DNA of 64,000 bases from Bacillota bacterium (GCA_022764365.1 JALERA010000045.1:12515-76514), one strand, 5' to 3'. Counted from the first letter of the stretch, positions 29,343 through 40,481 are shown. Made by a program: numbers and translations. Notes: generated by a model from the sequence alone, not told the origin.

Positions 29343-30149
29343 ATGCGAATATACACATTGGTCGGAAAGAGTGGGACCGGAAAGAGCTTTCATGCAATGG
29401 ATTTGTGCCGGAAAGAAAATATTGAGTCTATCATAGATGATGGGCTTTTCATATATCGGAACACGGTGCTTGCCGGCTCCTCGGCCAAGAGGGCCAGCAC
29501 CAAGATCGGTGCCGTAAAGACAGCTCTGTTCATAAACGAAGAGCAATGCCAAAGCGTCAGAGATGAGATTGCTAGAACGAAGCCTGAATCCATCTTGATT
29601 CTCGGAACCAGCGAAGGGATGGTAGACCGGATCATGGACAGGCTGGGGCTGGAAAAGCCTCCGGAGGACAGTCCGAGACGCATCAAAATCGAGGACATAA
29701 CAACGCAGGCGGAGCGCCGCAAGGCAAGGCAGCAAAGGGAGCAGCTCGGCAAGCATGTCATTCCTGCTCCGTCACTGCAGCTTAAGAGGAACTTTGCCGG
29801 ATATTTCATGGACCCGCTTCGCTTTTTCAGAGGAAAAGAGCAGGACGGAGAACGCACGGTCGTCAGGCCGACATACAGCTACATGGGACAATATCTGATT
29901 GCGGAGCGAGTAATCGATGATATCATTGGCTGCATAGCGGCGGGACACCCGGCGGCAGGCAGAGTCATATATGTGAGCCACAGCGCACAGCCCGAGGCAT
30001 ACGAGCTTTTTGTCGTCATCAAGATGAAACACGGTTTTGCCCTGTGGGAGGCAGTGAGTGAAATACAGGAAGAAATCAAGGAAGTGGTGGAAAAAATGAC
30101 CGCATTCAATGTTTCGGCTGTTGATATCGAAGTAAGGGGGATTGACTGA
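29343..30149 (+). CDS. Fusion protein: N-terminal P-loop NTPase-like domain plus C-terminal Asp23/Gls24-like domain
   Basis: The N-terminus LVGKSGTGKSFHAMDLCRKENIESIIDDGLFI is a Walker A in an HprK-like context. The C-terminus IAERVIDDIIG...VVIKMKHGFALWEAVSEIQEEIKEVVEKMTAFNVSAVDIEVRGI is Asp23-like. Confidence 0.6.
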   Translation: MRIYTLVGKSGTGKSFHAMDLCRKENIESIIDDGLFIYRNTVLAGSSAKRASTKIGAVKTALFINEEQCQSVRDEIARTKPESILILGTSEGMVDRIMDRLGLEKPPEDSPRRIKIEDITTQAERRKARQQREQLGKHVIPAPSLQLKRNFAGYFMDPLRFFRGKEQDGERTVVRPTYSYMGQYLIAERVIDDIIGCIAAGHPAAGRVIYVSHSAQPEAYELFVVIKMKHGFALWEAVSEIQEEIKEVVEKMTAFNVSAVDIEVRGID

Positions 30150-30151
30150 CG

Positions 30152-31006
30152 GTGGAGTACACGAAGACCGGGATAAAAGATTTCAACCTTGAACATATCT
30201 TTGACTGCGGGCAATGCTTTCGCTGGGAAAGGCAGGACGATGGCAGCTACACGGGCGCTGCGATGGGAAAGATCGTCAATATGCGATTTGAACCGGAGGG
30301 CAGGCTGACGGTCGACAATTGCACGGAAGAGGAATTCACGCGGATTTGGACGCCGTATTTGGATTTGGAAAGAGATTATGCGAAGATAAAATGCAGTCTG
30401 CAGGGCGAGGAAATCCAAAGGGCCATGAAATACGGATATGGAATCCGGATTCTGAAGCAGGATTTTTGGGAAGCCCTGCTGTCGTTCATCATATCGCAAA
30501 ACAACAATATACCGAGAATTAAAGGCTGCATTGAGGCTTTGACACGCTGCTGCGGCGAAAAAATCGGCACATATAAAGGAAAGGACCATTATGCGCTGCC
30601 CGAGCCGGAAACGCTTGCGAACATGACGCCGGACAAACTGGCGGAGTGCAGGCTGGGCTACAGGGGGCCTTACCTCATCAAAACGGCACAGAAGGTCTTG
30701 GAGAAAGGCGGAGCCGATGCGGCTGAGAAAGAACTCCGAAACTGTGAGACGTTTGAAGAGGTGCAGGAGGCTCTTCGGGAATATCCCGGGGTCGGTCCCA
30801 AGGTCGCAAGCTGTACAGCCCTTTTCGGTCTGGGATTTCTGGATGCTTTCCCGATTGATGTATGGATGCGGCGAGTTATGCATAGACTTTATGGTATGGA
30901 CGAAAAGGATGTACGCAGCATGGAGGATTTTGCCAAGAAAAATTTTGCGCCTTATGGGGGAATCGCACAGCAGTACCTTTTTTATTACATACGCGGGCTG
31001 CATTGA
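30152..31006 (+). CDS. ogg: 8-oxoguanine DNA glycosylase (Ogg, HhH-GPD superfamily)
   Basis: It has an OGG_N-like start (FDCGQCFRWERQDDGSYTG) and the HhH-GPD motif PGVGPKVASCTALFGLGFLDAFPIDVW. The start codon is GTG. Confidence 0.8.
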   Translation: MEYTKTGIKDFNLEHIFDCGQCFRWERQDDGSYTGAAMGKIVNMRFEPEGRLTVDNCTEEEFTRIWTPYLDLERDYAKIKCSLQGEEIQRAMKYGYGIRILKQDFWEALLSFIISQNNNIPRIKGCIEALTRCCGEKIGTYKGKDHYALPEPETLANMTPDKLAECRLGYRGPYLIKTAQKVLEKGGADAAEKELRNCETFEEVQEALREYPGVGPKVASCTALFGLGFLDAFPIDVWMRRVMHRLYGMDEKDVRSMEDFAKKNFAPYGGIAQQYLFYYIRGLH

Positions 31007-31048
31007 TTGTTTCACAGAAACTTCACATGCAAAAAAAGCAAGAAAGTA

Positions 31049-31076
31049 TTGACAATTGCGGCAGGATTGCTATAAT
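31049..31076 (+). promoter_or_regulatory. Sigma-A promoter of groESL
   Basis: TTGACA, a 16-nt spacer, then TATAAT, directly upstream of CIRCE. Confidence 0.6.
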
Positions 31077-31085
31077 AAAATTATG

Positions 31086-31112
31086 TTAGCACTCAAAGAT
31101 ACAGAGTGCTAA
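31086..31112 (+). promoter_or_regulatory. CIRCE operator (HrcA binding site)
   Basis: TTAGCACTC-aaagataca-GAGTGCTAA is a perfect match to TTAGCACTC-N9-GAGTGCTAA. Confidence 0.95.
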
Positions 31113-31147
31113 GAAACGTAAGAATTACTAAACGGAGGTAATGATAA

Positions 31148-31423
31148 ATGATTGGAATCAAACCATTGGGTGACAGAGTAGTCATCAAGAAACTTGAAGC
31201 AGAAGAGAGAACACAGGGAGGTCTTATCCTCACAAGTGCAGCGAAGGAGAAACCTCAGATGGCAGAAGTTGTAGCCGTAGGACCGGGAACCAAGGATGTT
31301 TCCATGGAAGTGAAACCGGGAGACAAAGTTGTTTTCAGCAAATACGGCGGAACCGAAATTAAGTATCAAGGCGAAGAATACACAATTATGAGACAGGATG
31401 ACATCCTGGCGGTTGTTGAATAG
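31148..31423 (+). CDS. groES: Co-chaperonin GroES
   Basis: The product reads MIGIKPLGDRVVIKKLEAEERTQGGLILTSAAKEKPQ. Confidence 0.97.
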   Translation: MIGIKPLGDRVVIKKLEAEERTQGGLILTSAAKEKPQMAEVVAVGPGTKDVSMEVKPGDKVVFSKYGGTEIKYQGEEYTIMRQDDILAVVE

Positions 31424-31427
31424 TTGA

Positions 31428-33080
<1,653 letters not shown>

Positions 33081-33103
33081 TCCCTATCGAATCCCTGATA
33101 TTT

Positions 33104-33150
33104 AATCGGCAGAATCTTTTCGGAAGATTTTGCCGATTTTTTTATTTTTT
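33104..33150 (+). terminator. Intrinsic terminator of groESL
   Basis: aatcggcagaatctt-ttcgg-aagattttgccgatt is followed by a long T-run. Confidence 0.8.
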
Positions 33151-33269
33151 GTGTTGACAAAGCAGGAAAGTAGTGCTAGTATAATACCTATAAAACAGAT
33201 AGGCTTTGTGGGGAATAAAAAACCACTGCGGAATAAATATGAATTATGATGAAAAAAGGAGATGTAAAA

Positions 33270-34199
33270 ATGAAAGCATACGAAAGAATTACAGATTTAA
33301 TCGGCGGAACACCGCTGCTCAAGCTGAACCATATTATAGGGGACGAAGAAACCCAGGCCGAAGTTTACGGCAAATTGGAATATTTCAATCCTGCGGGAAG
33401 CGTCAAGGACAGAATTGCAAGAGCGATGATTGACGATGCCGAGAAGTCGGGAGCTTTAAAGCCGGGTGCGGTTATCATCGAACCAACCAGCGGAAATACC
33501 GGAATCGGTCTGGCATCGGTTGCTGCTTCCAGAGGGTATAAGATTATTCTGACGATGCCGGAAACGATGAGCATTGAACGCCGCAATCTTTTGAAGGCAT
33601 ACGGTGCAGAACTTGTATTGACAGACGGCGCAAAAGGAATGAAGGGAGCAATTGCGAAGGCAGAAGAACTCGCCAAGGAAACTCCGGGAAGCTTCATTCC
33701 GAGTCAGTTCACAAATCCGGCAAATCCATCGGCTCATAAGGCGTCCACAGGTCCCGAAATCTGGGAAGACACAGACGGAAAGGTTGATATCTTTGTTGCC
33801 GGAGTCGGAACAGGCGGAACGCTTTCCGGCGTAGGAGAATACCTGAAGAGCAAGAATCCGGATGTCAAAGTGGTTGCCGTTGAACCGGCAGGCTCTCCGG
33901 TTCTTTCAAAGGGAACTCCGGGCCCGCACAAGATTCAGGGAATCGGTGCCGGATTCGTTCCGGATACGCTCAATACAAAGATTTATGATGAAATCATTAT
34001 AGTGGAAAACGAAGACGCTTTCGAAACCGGAAGAACGCTTGCAAGAAAAGGCGGTGTGCTCGTTGGAATCTCATCCGGTGCAGCCGTTTATGCGGCGGCG
34101 CAGCTTGCAAAACGCCCAGAAAACAAAGGCAAGGTGATTGTAGCACTTCTGCCGGATACCGGAGAAAGATACCTCTCCACTCCGATGTTTGCTGAATAA
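33270..34199 (+). CDS. cysK: Cysteine synthase A (O-acetylserine sulfhydrylase)
   Basis: The motifs [21 protein letters not shown] (PLP Lys) and [10 protein letters not shown] are present. ATG 33270 follows the RBS AAAGGAG. Confidence 0.93.
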   Translation: MKAYERITDLIGGTPLLKLNHIIGDEETQAEVYGKLEYFNPAGSVKDRIARAMIDDAEKSGALKPGAVIIEPTSGNTGIGLASVAASRGYKIILTMPETMSIERRNLLKAYGAELVLTDGAKGMKGAIAKAEELAKETPGSFIPSQFTNPANPSAHKASTGPEIWEDTDGKVDIFVAGVGTGGTLSGVGEYLKSKNPDVKVVAVEPAGSPVLSKGTPGPHKIQGIGAGFVPDTLNTKIYDEIIIVENEDAFETGRTLARKGGVLVGISSGAAVYAAAQLAKRPENKGKVIVALLPDTGERYLSTPMFAE

Positions 34200-34334
34200 T
34201 ATCGGCCGCACATTTTGAATCGTATCGGTCTCCTGCTTGAAAACCTAGCATTTTCATGGTATTATGTAGGTTATAGGGCAGGAGGCTTTTTGTATGAAAA
34301 GTTTTGTGTGCCGGCGCACAAGAGGAGGTGCAGA

Positions 34335-34772
34335 ATGAAGATTTCCACGAAAGGGCGCTATGCGCTCAGAATGATGATAGATTTGGCGGAGCATCAGAGC
34401 GAGGCTTTCGTTTCACTGAAAGATATTGCGGCGCGGCAGGGAATTTCAAAAAAATATCTGGAGCAGATTATTCCGATTCTGAACCGTTCGGATTTTCTGC
34501 AGGCAAACCGAGGCGCACAGGGAGGCTATCGGCTTGCAAAAGCACCGAGTGCCTATACGGTAAAAGATATCCTTGAACTGACGGAGGGCAGTCTTGCGCC
34601 TGTTGCGTGTCTGGATACAACGCCCGTGGGCTGCGACCGCAGCGAGTTTTGCGTGACACTGCCGCTATGGAAAGGCCTTCGTGATGCAATCGAAAACTAT
34701 CTTGAAGGAATCACGCTGCAGGACCTGCTTGACCGGCAGACGGAAATGTATTCCAACAATTATATGATATAA
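34335..34772 (+). CDS. Rrf2-family transcriptional regulator (CymR/IscR-like)
   Basis: The product contains MKISTKGRYALRMMIDLAEH...SLKDIAARQGISKKYLEQI and lies adjacent to cysK. Confidence 0.85.
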   Translation: MKISTKGRYALRMMIDLAEHQSEAFVSLKDIAARQGISKKYLEQIIPILNRSDFLQANRGAQGGYRLAKAPSAYTVKDILELTEGSLAPVACLDTTPVGCDRSEFCVTLPLWKGLRDAIENYLEGITLQDLLDRQTEMYSNNYMI

Positions 34773-34856
34773 TTGCAAAGTTCTTAATAATTCTGCTAAG
34801 ATTCTGTAAAGATATTGCAAAATTTTCAGTATAAGATATAATATAAGGGAGTAAAA

Positions 34857-35573
34857 TTGGATAAAGTGATGAAAAATGTAGAAAAATTGATTCCGAAATA
34901 TGCAGTTATCTCACTGGTCTTTTGCTTCGTATGGAACTGCTTTGTCTACTGGACAACGCAGTTTTTATGTGCGGGGCGCAGACACTTTGATTTGACGACG
35001 GATTTTGACAGGTGGGTTCCCGTTCAATCGTGGTGGGTCTTGATTTATGTGGCGAGTTTTGCCTTCTGGGTCATCTGCTACATCTTGATTGCGCGCTTCA
35101 ACGACAGGGAATTCTGGTTCCGGTTCGTGACGGCAGATCTCCTTTCCAGGACAATCTGCGGAGTTGTTTTCGTCGTTTTTCCGACCATGAACACAAGACC
35201 GGTACTCGAGATGAACTCGGTTTTTGACTGGATGCTGTCGGTGATTTACAAGCTGGATCTGCCGTACAATCTGTTTCCGTCGATACATTGTATCATCAGC
35301 CTGCTTTGTTTCCTGGGGCTTATGAAAACGGACAAAATGAACCGGGTGGCGAAGGGAGGTGTGCTGGTTTTTGCGCTGCTGATTTTCGCATCGACGCAAT
35401 TCACCAAGCAGCACTACATCTCGGATGTCATAAGCGGGGTGGTGCTTGTGCTGCTTTGCTATGGTATCGCAATGAAAACGGATATCGCAAGACCGGTAAG
35501 AAAGGTGTTTGAGAGGATTAACGAGAAAGTGTTCGGGGATGCATATGAAGAAAAAGAAGAAAGTACTGTTTAA
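34857..35573 (+). CDS. PAP2-superfamily membrane phosphotransferase, sphingomyelin/IPC-synthase-like (PAP2_C type)
   Basis: The product is polytopic, with motifs LFPSIHC (SxH) and QHYISDVISG (HYxxDV). Confidence 0.6.
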   Translation: MDKVMKNVEKLIPKYAVISLVFCFVWNCFVYWTTQFLCAGRRHFDLTTDFDRWVPVQSWWVLIYVASFAFWVICYILIARFNDREFWFRFVTADLLSRTICGVVFVVFPTMNTRPVLEMNSVFDWMLSVIYKLDLPYNLFPSIHCIISLLCFLGLMKTDKMNRVAKGGVLVFALLIFASTQFTKQHYISDVISGVVLVLLCYGIAMKTDIARPVRKVFERINEKVFGDAYEEKEESTV

Positions 35574-36600
35574 TTTTATATTTTTGACGCTCTGTATCGG
35601 CCTGACGGTTTACTATGTGTTTCGCGGAGAGGATTTTTCCGAGGTTGCCGAATATATCGAGCATGCCAAAGGTCCGGAGTGGCTGGTTGGAATCCTGCTG
35701 GTGTTTGCGTTTATATTAAGCGAATCAGTGATTATTTTCTACTTGATGGGGACCTTGAAAGAAAAACCGAAACTTTCGCACTGTTGTTTATATTCCTTTG
35801 TTGGGTTTTTCTTTAGTCTGGTGACGCCGACGGCTTCCGGAGGACAGCCCATGCAGCTCGTTTTTATGAACAAGGACAAGCTTTCGGCGCATGTTTCCAC
35901 GATTACGTTAATGATTGTTACAATCGCATATAAGGCGGTTTTGGTGCTTTTGGGTCTGTTTGTCTTGATTTTCAGACCTGCAGTTGAACTCAGGCTGCTG
36001 CGCCCGGCAATGCCGTGGGTGTATCTGGGGCTGGTGCTGAATGTGATTTGCGTAGCTTTTATGCTTGCCGTGGTATGGTCGCCGGAAATCATGAAAAGCC
36101 TGGTGCAGTGGTTTGTCGGGATTATGCGTAAACATCTGCATAAGAGCGGAAAGCAGGAAAAGCTGGAGAGACTGGAGGCAAAGGCCATCCGCTACATGGA
36201 CGGATACAAGGAAACTTCGGTGTATGTCCGCCGGCATAAGCAGGTGAGCCTGAATGTGCTTGGGATTACCTTGGTGCAGCGCTGTCTGCTGTTTGCGGTT
36301 ACCTATGTGGTTTTGCGCTCATTCGGGATTCACAGCCTTGGACTTGCGGATGTAATCGTTTTGCAGGGTGCGATTTCGCTGGCGGTCGATATGCTTCCGC
36401 TGCCGGGAGGTCTTGGCATCAGCGAACATTTATTTCAATTGATATTTTTGCCGGTATGCGGAGCGGGGTTAATCACGCCGGCGATGATTATAAGCAGGGG
36501 TTTGAGTTTTTATGCGCAGTTATTGATTAGTGCGGTCTTCACCGCGGTGGCGTATATCCTGATATTTGGGAGGAGAGAGAAAAATGATAGGATTTTATAA
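35545..36600 (+). CDS. Flippase-like / lysylphosphatidylglycerol-synthase TM-region (UPF0104) family membrane protein
   Basis: The product has about 8 TM helices and an MprF N-terminal-like architecture. The start overlaps the end of the PAP2-like gene, and the start choice (35539 or 35545) is uncertain. Confidence 0.6.
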   Translation: MKKKKKVLFNFIFLTLCIGLTVYYVFRGEDFSEVAEYIEHAKGPEWLVGILLVFAFILSESVIIFYLMGTLKEKPKLSHCCLYSFVGFFFSLVTPTASGGQPMQLVFMNKDKLSAHVSTITLMIVTIAYKAVLVLLGLFVLIFRPAVELRLLRPAMPWVYLGLVLNVICVAFMLAVVWSPEIMKSLVQWFVGIMRKHLHKSGKQEKLERLEAKAIRYMDGYKETSVYVRRHKQVSLNVLGITLVQRCLLFAVTYVVLRSFGIHSLGLADVIVLQGAISLAVDMLPLPGGLGISEHLFQLIFLPVCGAGLITPAMIISRGLSFYAQLLISAVFTAVAYILIFGRREKNDRIL

Positions 36601-37237
36601 TTATACGGTAATACTTACATACATGAGCCTGATTTCGGCGATTACGGGAATGACGTTTGCACATGCGGGGATGTTCGGAGCGGCAATATTCTGTCTCGCA
36701 CTTTCGGGCTTTTTCGATATGTTTGACGGCAAGGTCGCTCGCAGGAAGAAGGACCGAACCGATGACGAAAAGCTCTTCGGCATTCAGCTCGACTCGCTTT
36801 GCGATGTGGTTGCTTTCGGGGCTTTTCCGGCATACCTGTGCTACTGCATGGGCGTCCAGGGCAGACTGGGATTTCTGGCAATCATTTTTTATTCGATCTG
36901 CGGCGTGATCCGGCTTGCGTACTTCAATGTGATTGAGACAAACAACTTTTTCTCGGAAGAGGAACACGAAAAAGTGTATTATGGACTTCCGATTACCTCC
37001 GCGGCAGTGATTTTTCCGCTCGTATACCTTTTGAGAGGGATTTTTACGACGGCTACATATAATGCGATTCTGACGGTTCTGCTTTTCGGAGTGGGAATGC
37101 TTTTCATATCGAACTTCAAGCTCAGAAAACCAAGCAATAAACTGCTTCTGCTCATCTGTGTGGTTGTTGCGGCAGCATTGGTATTTATCTATGTAAATCA
37201 GGGCTGGAGTCAGCCGGGAGTATATCATGGAATGTAA
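36584..37237 (+). CDS. pssA: CDP-diacylglycerol--serine O-phosphatidyltransferase
   Basis: It has the CDP-alcohol phosphatidyltransferase motif DMFDGKVARRKK...GIQLDSLCDVV. Confidence 0.85.
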   Translation: MIGFYNYTVILTYMSLISAITGMTFAHAGMFGAAIFCLALSGFFDMFDGKVARRKKDRTDDEKLFGIQLDSLCDVVAFGAFPAYLCYCMGVQGRLGFLAIIFYSICGVIRLAYFNVIETNNFFSEEEHEKVYYGLPITSAAVIFPLVYLLRGIFTTATYNAILTVLLFGVGMLFISNFKLRKPSNKLLLLICVVVAAALVFIYVNQGWSQPGVYHGM

Positions 37238-38096
37238 AGACAGAAAAGGAATGCCTGTGCCAAGCGACGCGCAGCAGGATGCCGTTCTCAGAAAACTGTA
37301 CGGCACAGCCGGCGGACGGATGGCGCTTAAAGTTCTGGTAAGACCGTGGGTAAGCCGGTTCGGGGGAGCGGTTTTGTCCTCGGGCATATCAAAACTTGCA
37401 ATTCCGGGATTCGTAAAGAAAAACGGCATTGACATGCGCCAGTACGAGCACAGAAGATACAAATCCTATAATGACTTCTTTACGCGCAGGATAAGAAAGG
37501 GCATGCGTCCCGTGGAACAGGAGCCGGCCGGTTTCATCGCTCCGTGTGACAGCAGACTGACAGTGCATGAGATCTGCGACGGCGCGACTTTTCATATAAA
37601 GAACACGCAGTATACCATGCACAGTCTTTTTCGCGACAGCAAGCTGGCGGACGAATACCGCGGCGGTCTGCTGCTTTTGTTCAGACTCACGGTAGACGAT
37701 TACCACCGGTACTGTTATGCGGATAACGGAACCAAGAGCTGCGATACCTACATAAACGGCGTTTTTCACACGGTGAACCCGTTCGCGGGACAAATTTTTC
37801 CAATCTATAAGGAAAACAGCCGTTGTTATTGCACGCTCGAAACCGAAAATTTCGGGAAGCTGCTCCACATGGAAGTGGGAGCACTTATGGTCGGCAAAAT
37901 CGTAAACTACCACAAGCACGGCGGATTCTCTTTTAAACGCGGACAGGAGAAGGGCCGCTTTGAATTCGGCGGCTCGACAGTCATCCTCTGCGTCAAGAAA
38001 GATGTCCTGCGGGTAGATGAGGATATTCTGACAAACAGCAGGGAAGGAATCGAAACGAAGGTCCGCATGGGCGAGAAGATCGGGGAAAGGGTATGA
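37227..38096 (+). CDS. psd: Phosphatidylserine decarboxylase proenzyme
   Basis: The self-cleavage motif FEFGGSTVIL (G-S-T) is present, and the start overlaps the pssA stop. Confidence 0.85.
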   Translation: MECKDRKGMPVPSDAQQDAVLRKLYGTAGGRMALKVLVRPWVSRFGGAVLSSGISKLAIPGFVKKNGIDMRQYEHRRYKSYNDFFTRRIRKGMRPVEQEPAGFIAPCDSRLTVHEICDGATFHIKNTQYTMHSLFRDSKLADEYRGGLLLLFRLTVDDYHRYCYADNGTKSCDTYINGVFHTVNPFAGQIFPIYKENSRCYCTLETENFGKLLHMEVGALMVGKIVNYHKHGGFSFKRGQEKGRFEFGGSTVILCVKKDVLRVDEDILTNSREGIETKVRMGEKIGERV

Positions 38097-38230
38097 TTGC
38101 TATTCGTGTCGAATAGTGTAAAAATATAAAAAATATTCATGTAAAATAGTGCGAAAATATAATAAAAAATCGTTGATTTTAACACGAAAGTTAGTTATAC
38201 TATAATCAGAACCTTTGAGGAGGTCTGATT

Positions 38231-39526
38231 ATGTACAGAAAGATTATGCGCTTCTTAGAAGTATGGAGAAAAGATGAACACCGCAAACCTCTTGTTTTGC
38301 AGGGAGCAAGACAGGTCGGAAAGACTTATTCCGTTCTGGAGTTTGGACGTACCCGCTATGAGAATGTAGCGTATTTCAATTTTGAAACCAATCCGAAACT
38401 GAATGAGACCTTTGAGGAAAACATCAGCCCCGATTATCTGATACCGATTTTGTCCCATATTGCGGGACAGACGATTGTAAAGGAAAAGACGCTGATTGTT
38501 TTCGATGAGGTGCATCTTTGCGAAAGGGCATTGACTTCACTCAAATACTTTTGTGAGAACGCGCCGGAGTATCACATTATCGCTCTCGGCAGTCTGCTCG
38601 GTGTTGCGGTCAACAGGGCCCAGTTCTCTTTCCCAGTCGGGAAAGTCGATATGAAAACGCTTTATCCGATGGATATGGAAGAATTTATGCTTGCTCTCGG
38701 TGAGGAGACCCTTGTAGAAGAGATAAAAAAGTCCTTCGATACCGATACGCCGCTGCCGATGGCTTTGCACGAAACCGCAATGCAGCTCTATCGGCAGTAT
38801 CTTGTGGTCGGCGGCATGCCGGAGTGCGTGATGCAGTTCGCGCAGACAAAAGATTACATTCTTGTCCGCCATACGCAGGACACGATACTTGCAAGCTATC
38901 TCAATGATATGAGCAAATATAATAATTTAAATGAAATCAAGAAAACCAGACTGGCCTACGATAACATTACAGTTCAGCTTTCAAAGAAAAATACCCGCTT
39001 TCAATATAAGCTGATAAAGAAAGGCGGGCGGGCTTCCGAATTTGAAAATGCAATCGAATGGCTTTGCCTGTCCGGCATCGTGTCGCAGGTCTACAAGGTA
39101 GAGCAGATCAAAAAGCCGCTTGAAAACTACCGGGATATTGATGCATTTAAGATTTATGTATCCGATTTGGGACTGCTTTGTGCCAAGAAAGATCTGGCGG
39201 CTGACGATATTCTCTACGAGACGCCGGAAATCAATGATTTCAAGGGCGGGATGGCAGAAAACTATGTCAATGTGCAGCTTTCCATCAACGGCTATCGCAC
39301 TTACTACTGGCAGTCCGAGCGTGGCGCGGAAATAGATTTTATCATTCAGCGCAGCGGAAAACTGATTCCGATTGAGGTAAAATCCGCCGATAATACCAAA
39401 GCCAAGAGCCTGAAGGTTTATATGGATGTTTATAAGCCTGCATACGCAATCAAACTTTCCGCTAGAAACTTCGGCTTCGAGGATGATAAGAAAATTGTTC
39501 CTCTATATGCGGCATTTTGTATCTAA
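38231..39526 (+). CDS. AAA-family ATPase with a C-terminal DUF4143 (PD-(D/E)xK-like) domain
   Basis: It has Walker A GARQVGKT and Walker B LIVFDEVH. The C-terminal ERGAEIDFIIQRSGKLIPIEVKS is a nuclease-fold motif. Confidence 0.8.
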   Translation: MYRKIMRFLEVWRKDEHRKPLVLQGARQVGKTYSVLEFGRTRYENVAYFNFETNPKLNETFEENISPDYLIPILSHIAGQTIVKEKTLIVFDEVHLCERALTSLKYFCENAPEYHIIALGSLLGVAVNRAQFSFPVGKVDMKTLYPMDMEEFMLALGEETLVEEIKKSFDTDTPLPMALHETAMQLYRQYLVVGGMPECVMQFAQTKDYILVRHTQDTILASYLNDMSKYNNLNEIKKTRLAYDNITVQLSKKNTRFQYKLIKKGGRASEFENAIEWLCLSGIVSQVYKVEQIKKPLENYRDIDAFKIYVSDLGLLCAKKDLAADDILYETPEINDFKGGMAENYVNVQLSINGYRTYYWQSERGAEIDFIIQRSGKLIPIEVKSADNTKAKSLKVYMDVYKPAYAIKLSARNFGFEDDKKIVPLYAAFCI

Positions 39527-39634
39527 AAAAGAATGAACGATTGCGCACAAAGAAAATAAACGCAGAGCGTATGATATGATACGGCCCTGCGTTTTTTAGT
39601 ACCTGATTTTCGGGCTCCGGCCTTTGGCGTGCTG

Positions 39635-40231
39635 CTACATATCGAATTCCGGATTGATTGCGTAGAAGTTTTTGGAGTTAAGATTATCCTGAACGATTCG
39701 CAGCCCTTCGCCGAAACGCTGATAATGCACGACTTCGCGCTCACGCAGGAAGCGGATCGGGTCGAGGACATCCGGGTCGTCGCAAAGACGGATGATGTTG
39801 TCGTAGGTCGTGCGGGCTTTTTGCTCGGCCGCCATGTTTTCCGTCAGGTCGGTGATGGCATCCCCCTTGGAAGCGAAGCAGAGGGCATCGAACGGGAAGC
39901 CTGCCGCAGCCTGTGCGTATACGCCTGCTGTATGGTCTACAAAATATGTCTCAAAGCCCGCCTCTTTAATTTGTTCCATGGTCATGTTGCGGGTAAGCTG
40001 ATGAACGATGGTCGCAACCATCTCTAAATGACCGATTTCTTCCGTGCCGACATCCGTAAGGATTCCGGCAACACTGCGGTAAGGCATGCTGTAACGCTGG
40101 GAAAGATAGCGAAGGGAAGCGCCGATCTCACCATCAGGGCCACCATACTGACTGACTATGAACTTTGCCAGCGCCGGGTTCGGATTTTTGATGTTTACAG
40201 GGTACTGAAGTCTTTTTTCGTAATTCCACAT
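39635..40231 (-). CDS. cotJC: Spore coat protein CotJC (manganese-catalase family)
   Basis: The product reads MWNYEKRLQYPVNIKNPNPALAKFIVSQYGGPDGEIGASLRYLSQRY. ATG 40231 lies within the 40297 ORF. Confidence 0.9.
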   Translation of the reverse strand: MWNYEKRLQYPVNIKNPNPALAKFIVSQYGGPDGEIGASLRYLSQRYSMPYRSVAGILTDVGTEEIGHLEMVATIVHQLTRNMTMEQIKEAGFETYFVDHTAGVYAQAAAGFPFDALCFASKGDAITDLTENMAAEQKARTTYDNIIRLCDDPDVLDPIRFLREREVVHYQRFGEGLRIVQDNLNSKNFYAINPEFDM

Positions 40232-40232
40232 G

Positions 40233-40481
40233 CTATGCCTCCACTTCCCAAGGCCACGGGCCCTGTGTCCAAGTCCAGCCCTTTGAAGTATCGACACCGT
40301 AGAAACTCAAAGGACCGTAGTTTTTTTCATATTCGTCACGATACTGCATATACATCGCTTGATTGTCGCGGAAAAAGTCGAGCGCCATCTGATTCGTCGG
40401 GTGGGAGTCAAGGAAGAGCGCAGTGTCATAAAGCGCGAAGCCGACAGCCTCAACCTTATTGAATAATTCCTGTCTATCCAT
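40233..40481 (-). CDS. cotJB: Spore coat protein CotJB
   Basis: The product contains VEAVGFALYDTALFLDSHPTNQMALDFF and ends with the Trp-rich GWTWTQGPWPWE. Confidence 0.85.
   Translation of the reverse strand: MDRQELFNKVEAVGFALYDTALFLDSHPTNQMALDFFRDNQAMYMQYRDEYEKNYGPLSFYGVDTSKGWTWTQGPWPWEVEA

Noticed and set aside
29879-31015. A 378-aa minus-strand ORF.
   Set aside because: It is antisense to the Ogg glycosylase gene and the end of the P-loop/Asp23 gene, and shows no motifs or RBS.
33154-33185. TTGACA ... TATAAT as the cysK promoter, with CCTAT-N7-ATAGG (33187-33203) as a possible CymR box.
   Set aside because: The spacer between the hexamers is 20 nt, too long for a standard sigma-A promoter. 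The palindrome is short and does not clearly match the CymR consensus I remember. The support is not strong enough to list as a feature.
38181-38190. AACACGAAAG upstream of the AAA ATPase gene as another member of the TACACGAAACA motif family.
   Set aside because: Only an 8-mer core is shared, and an 8-mer is expected a couple of times by chance in a window of this size read on both strands.
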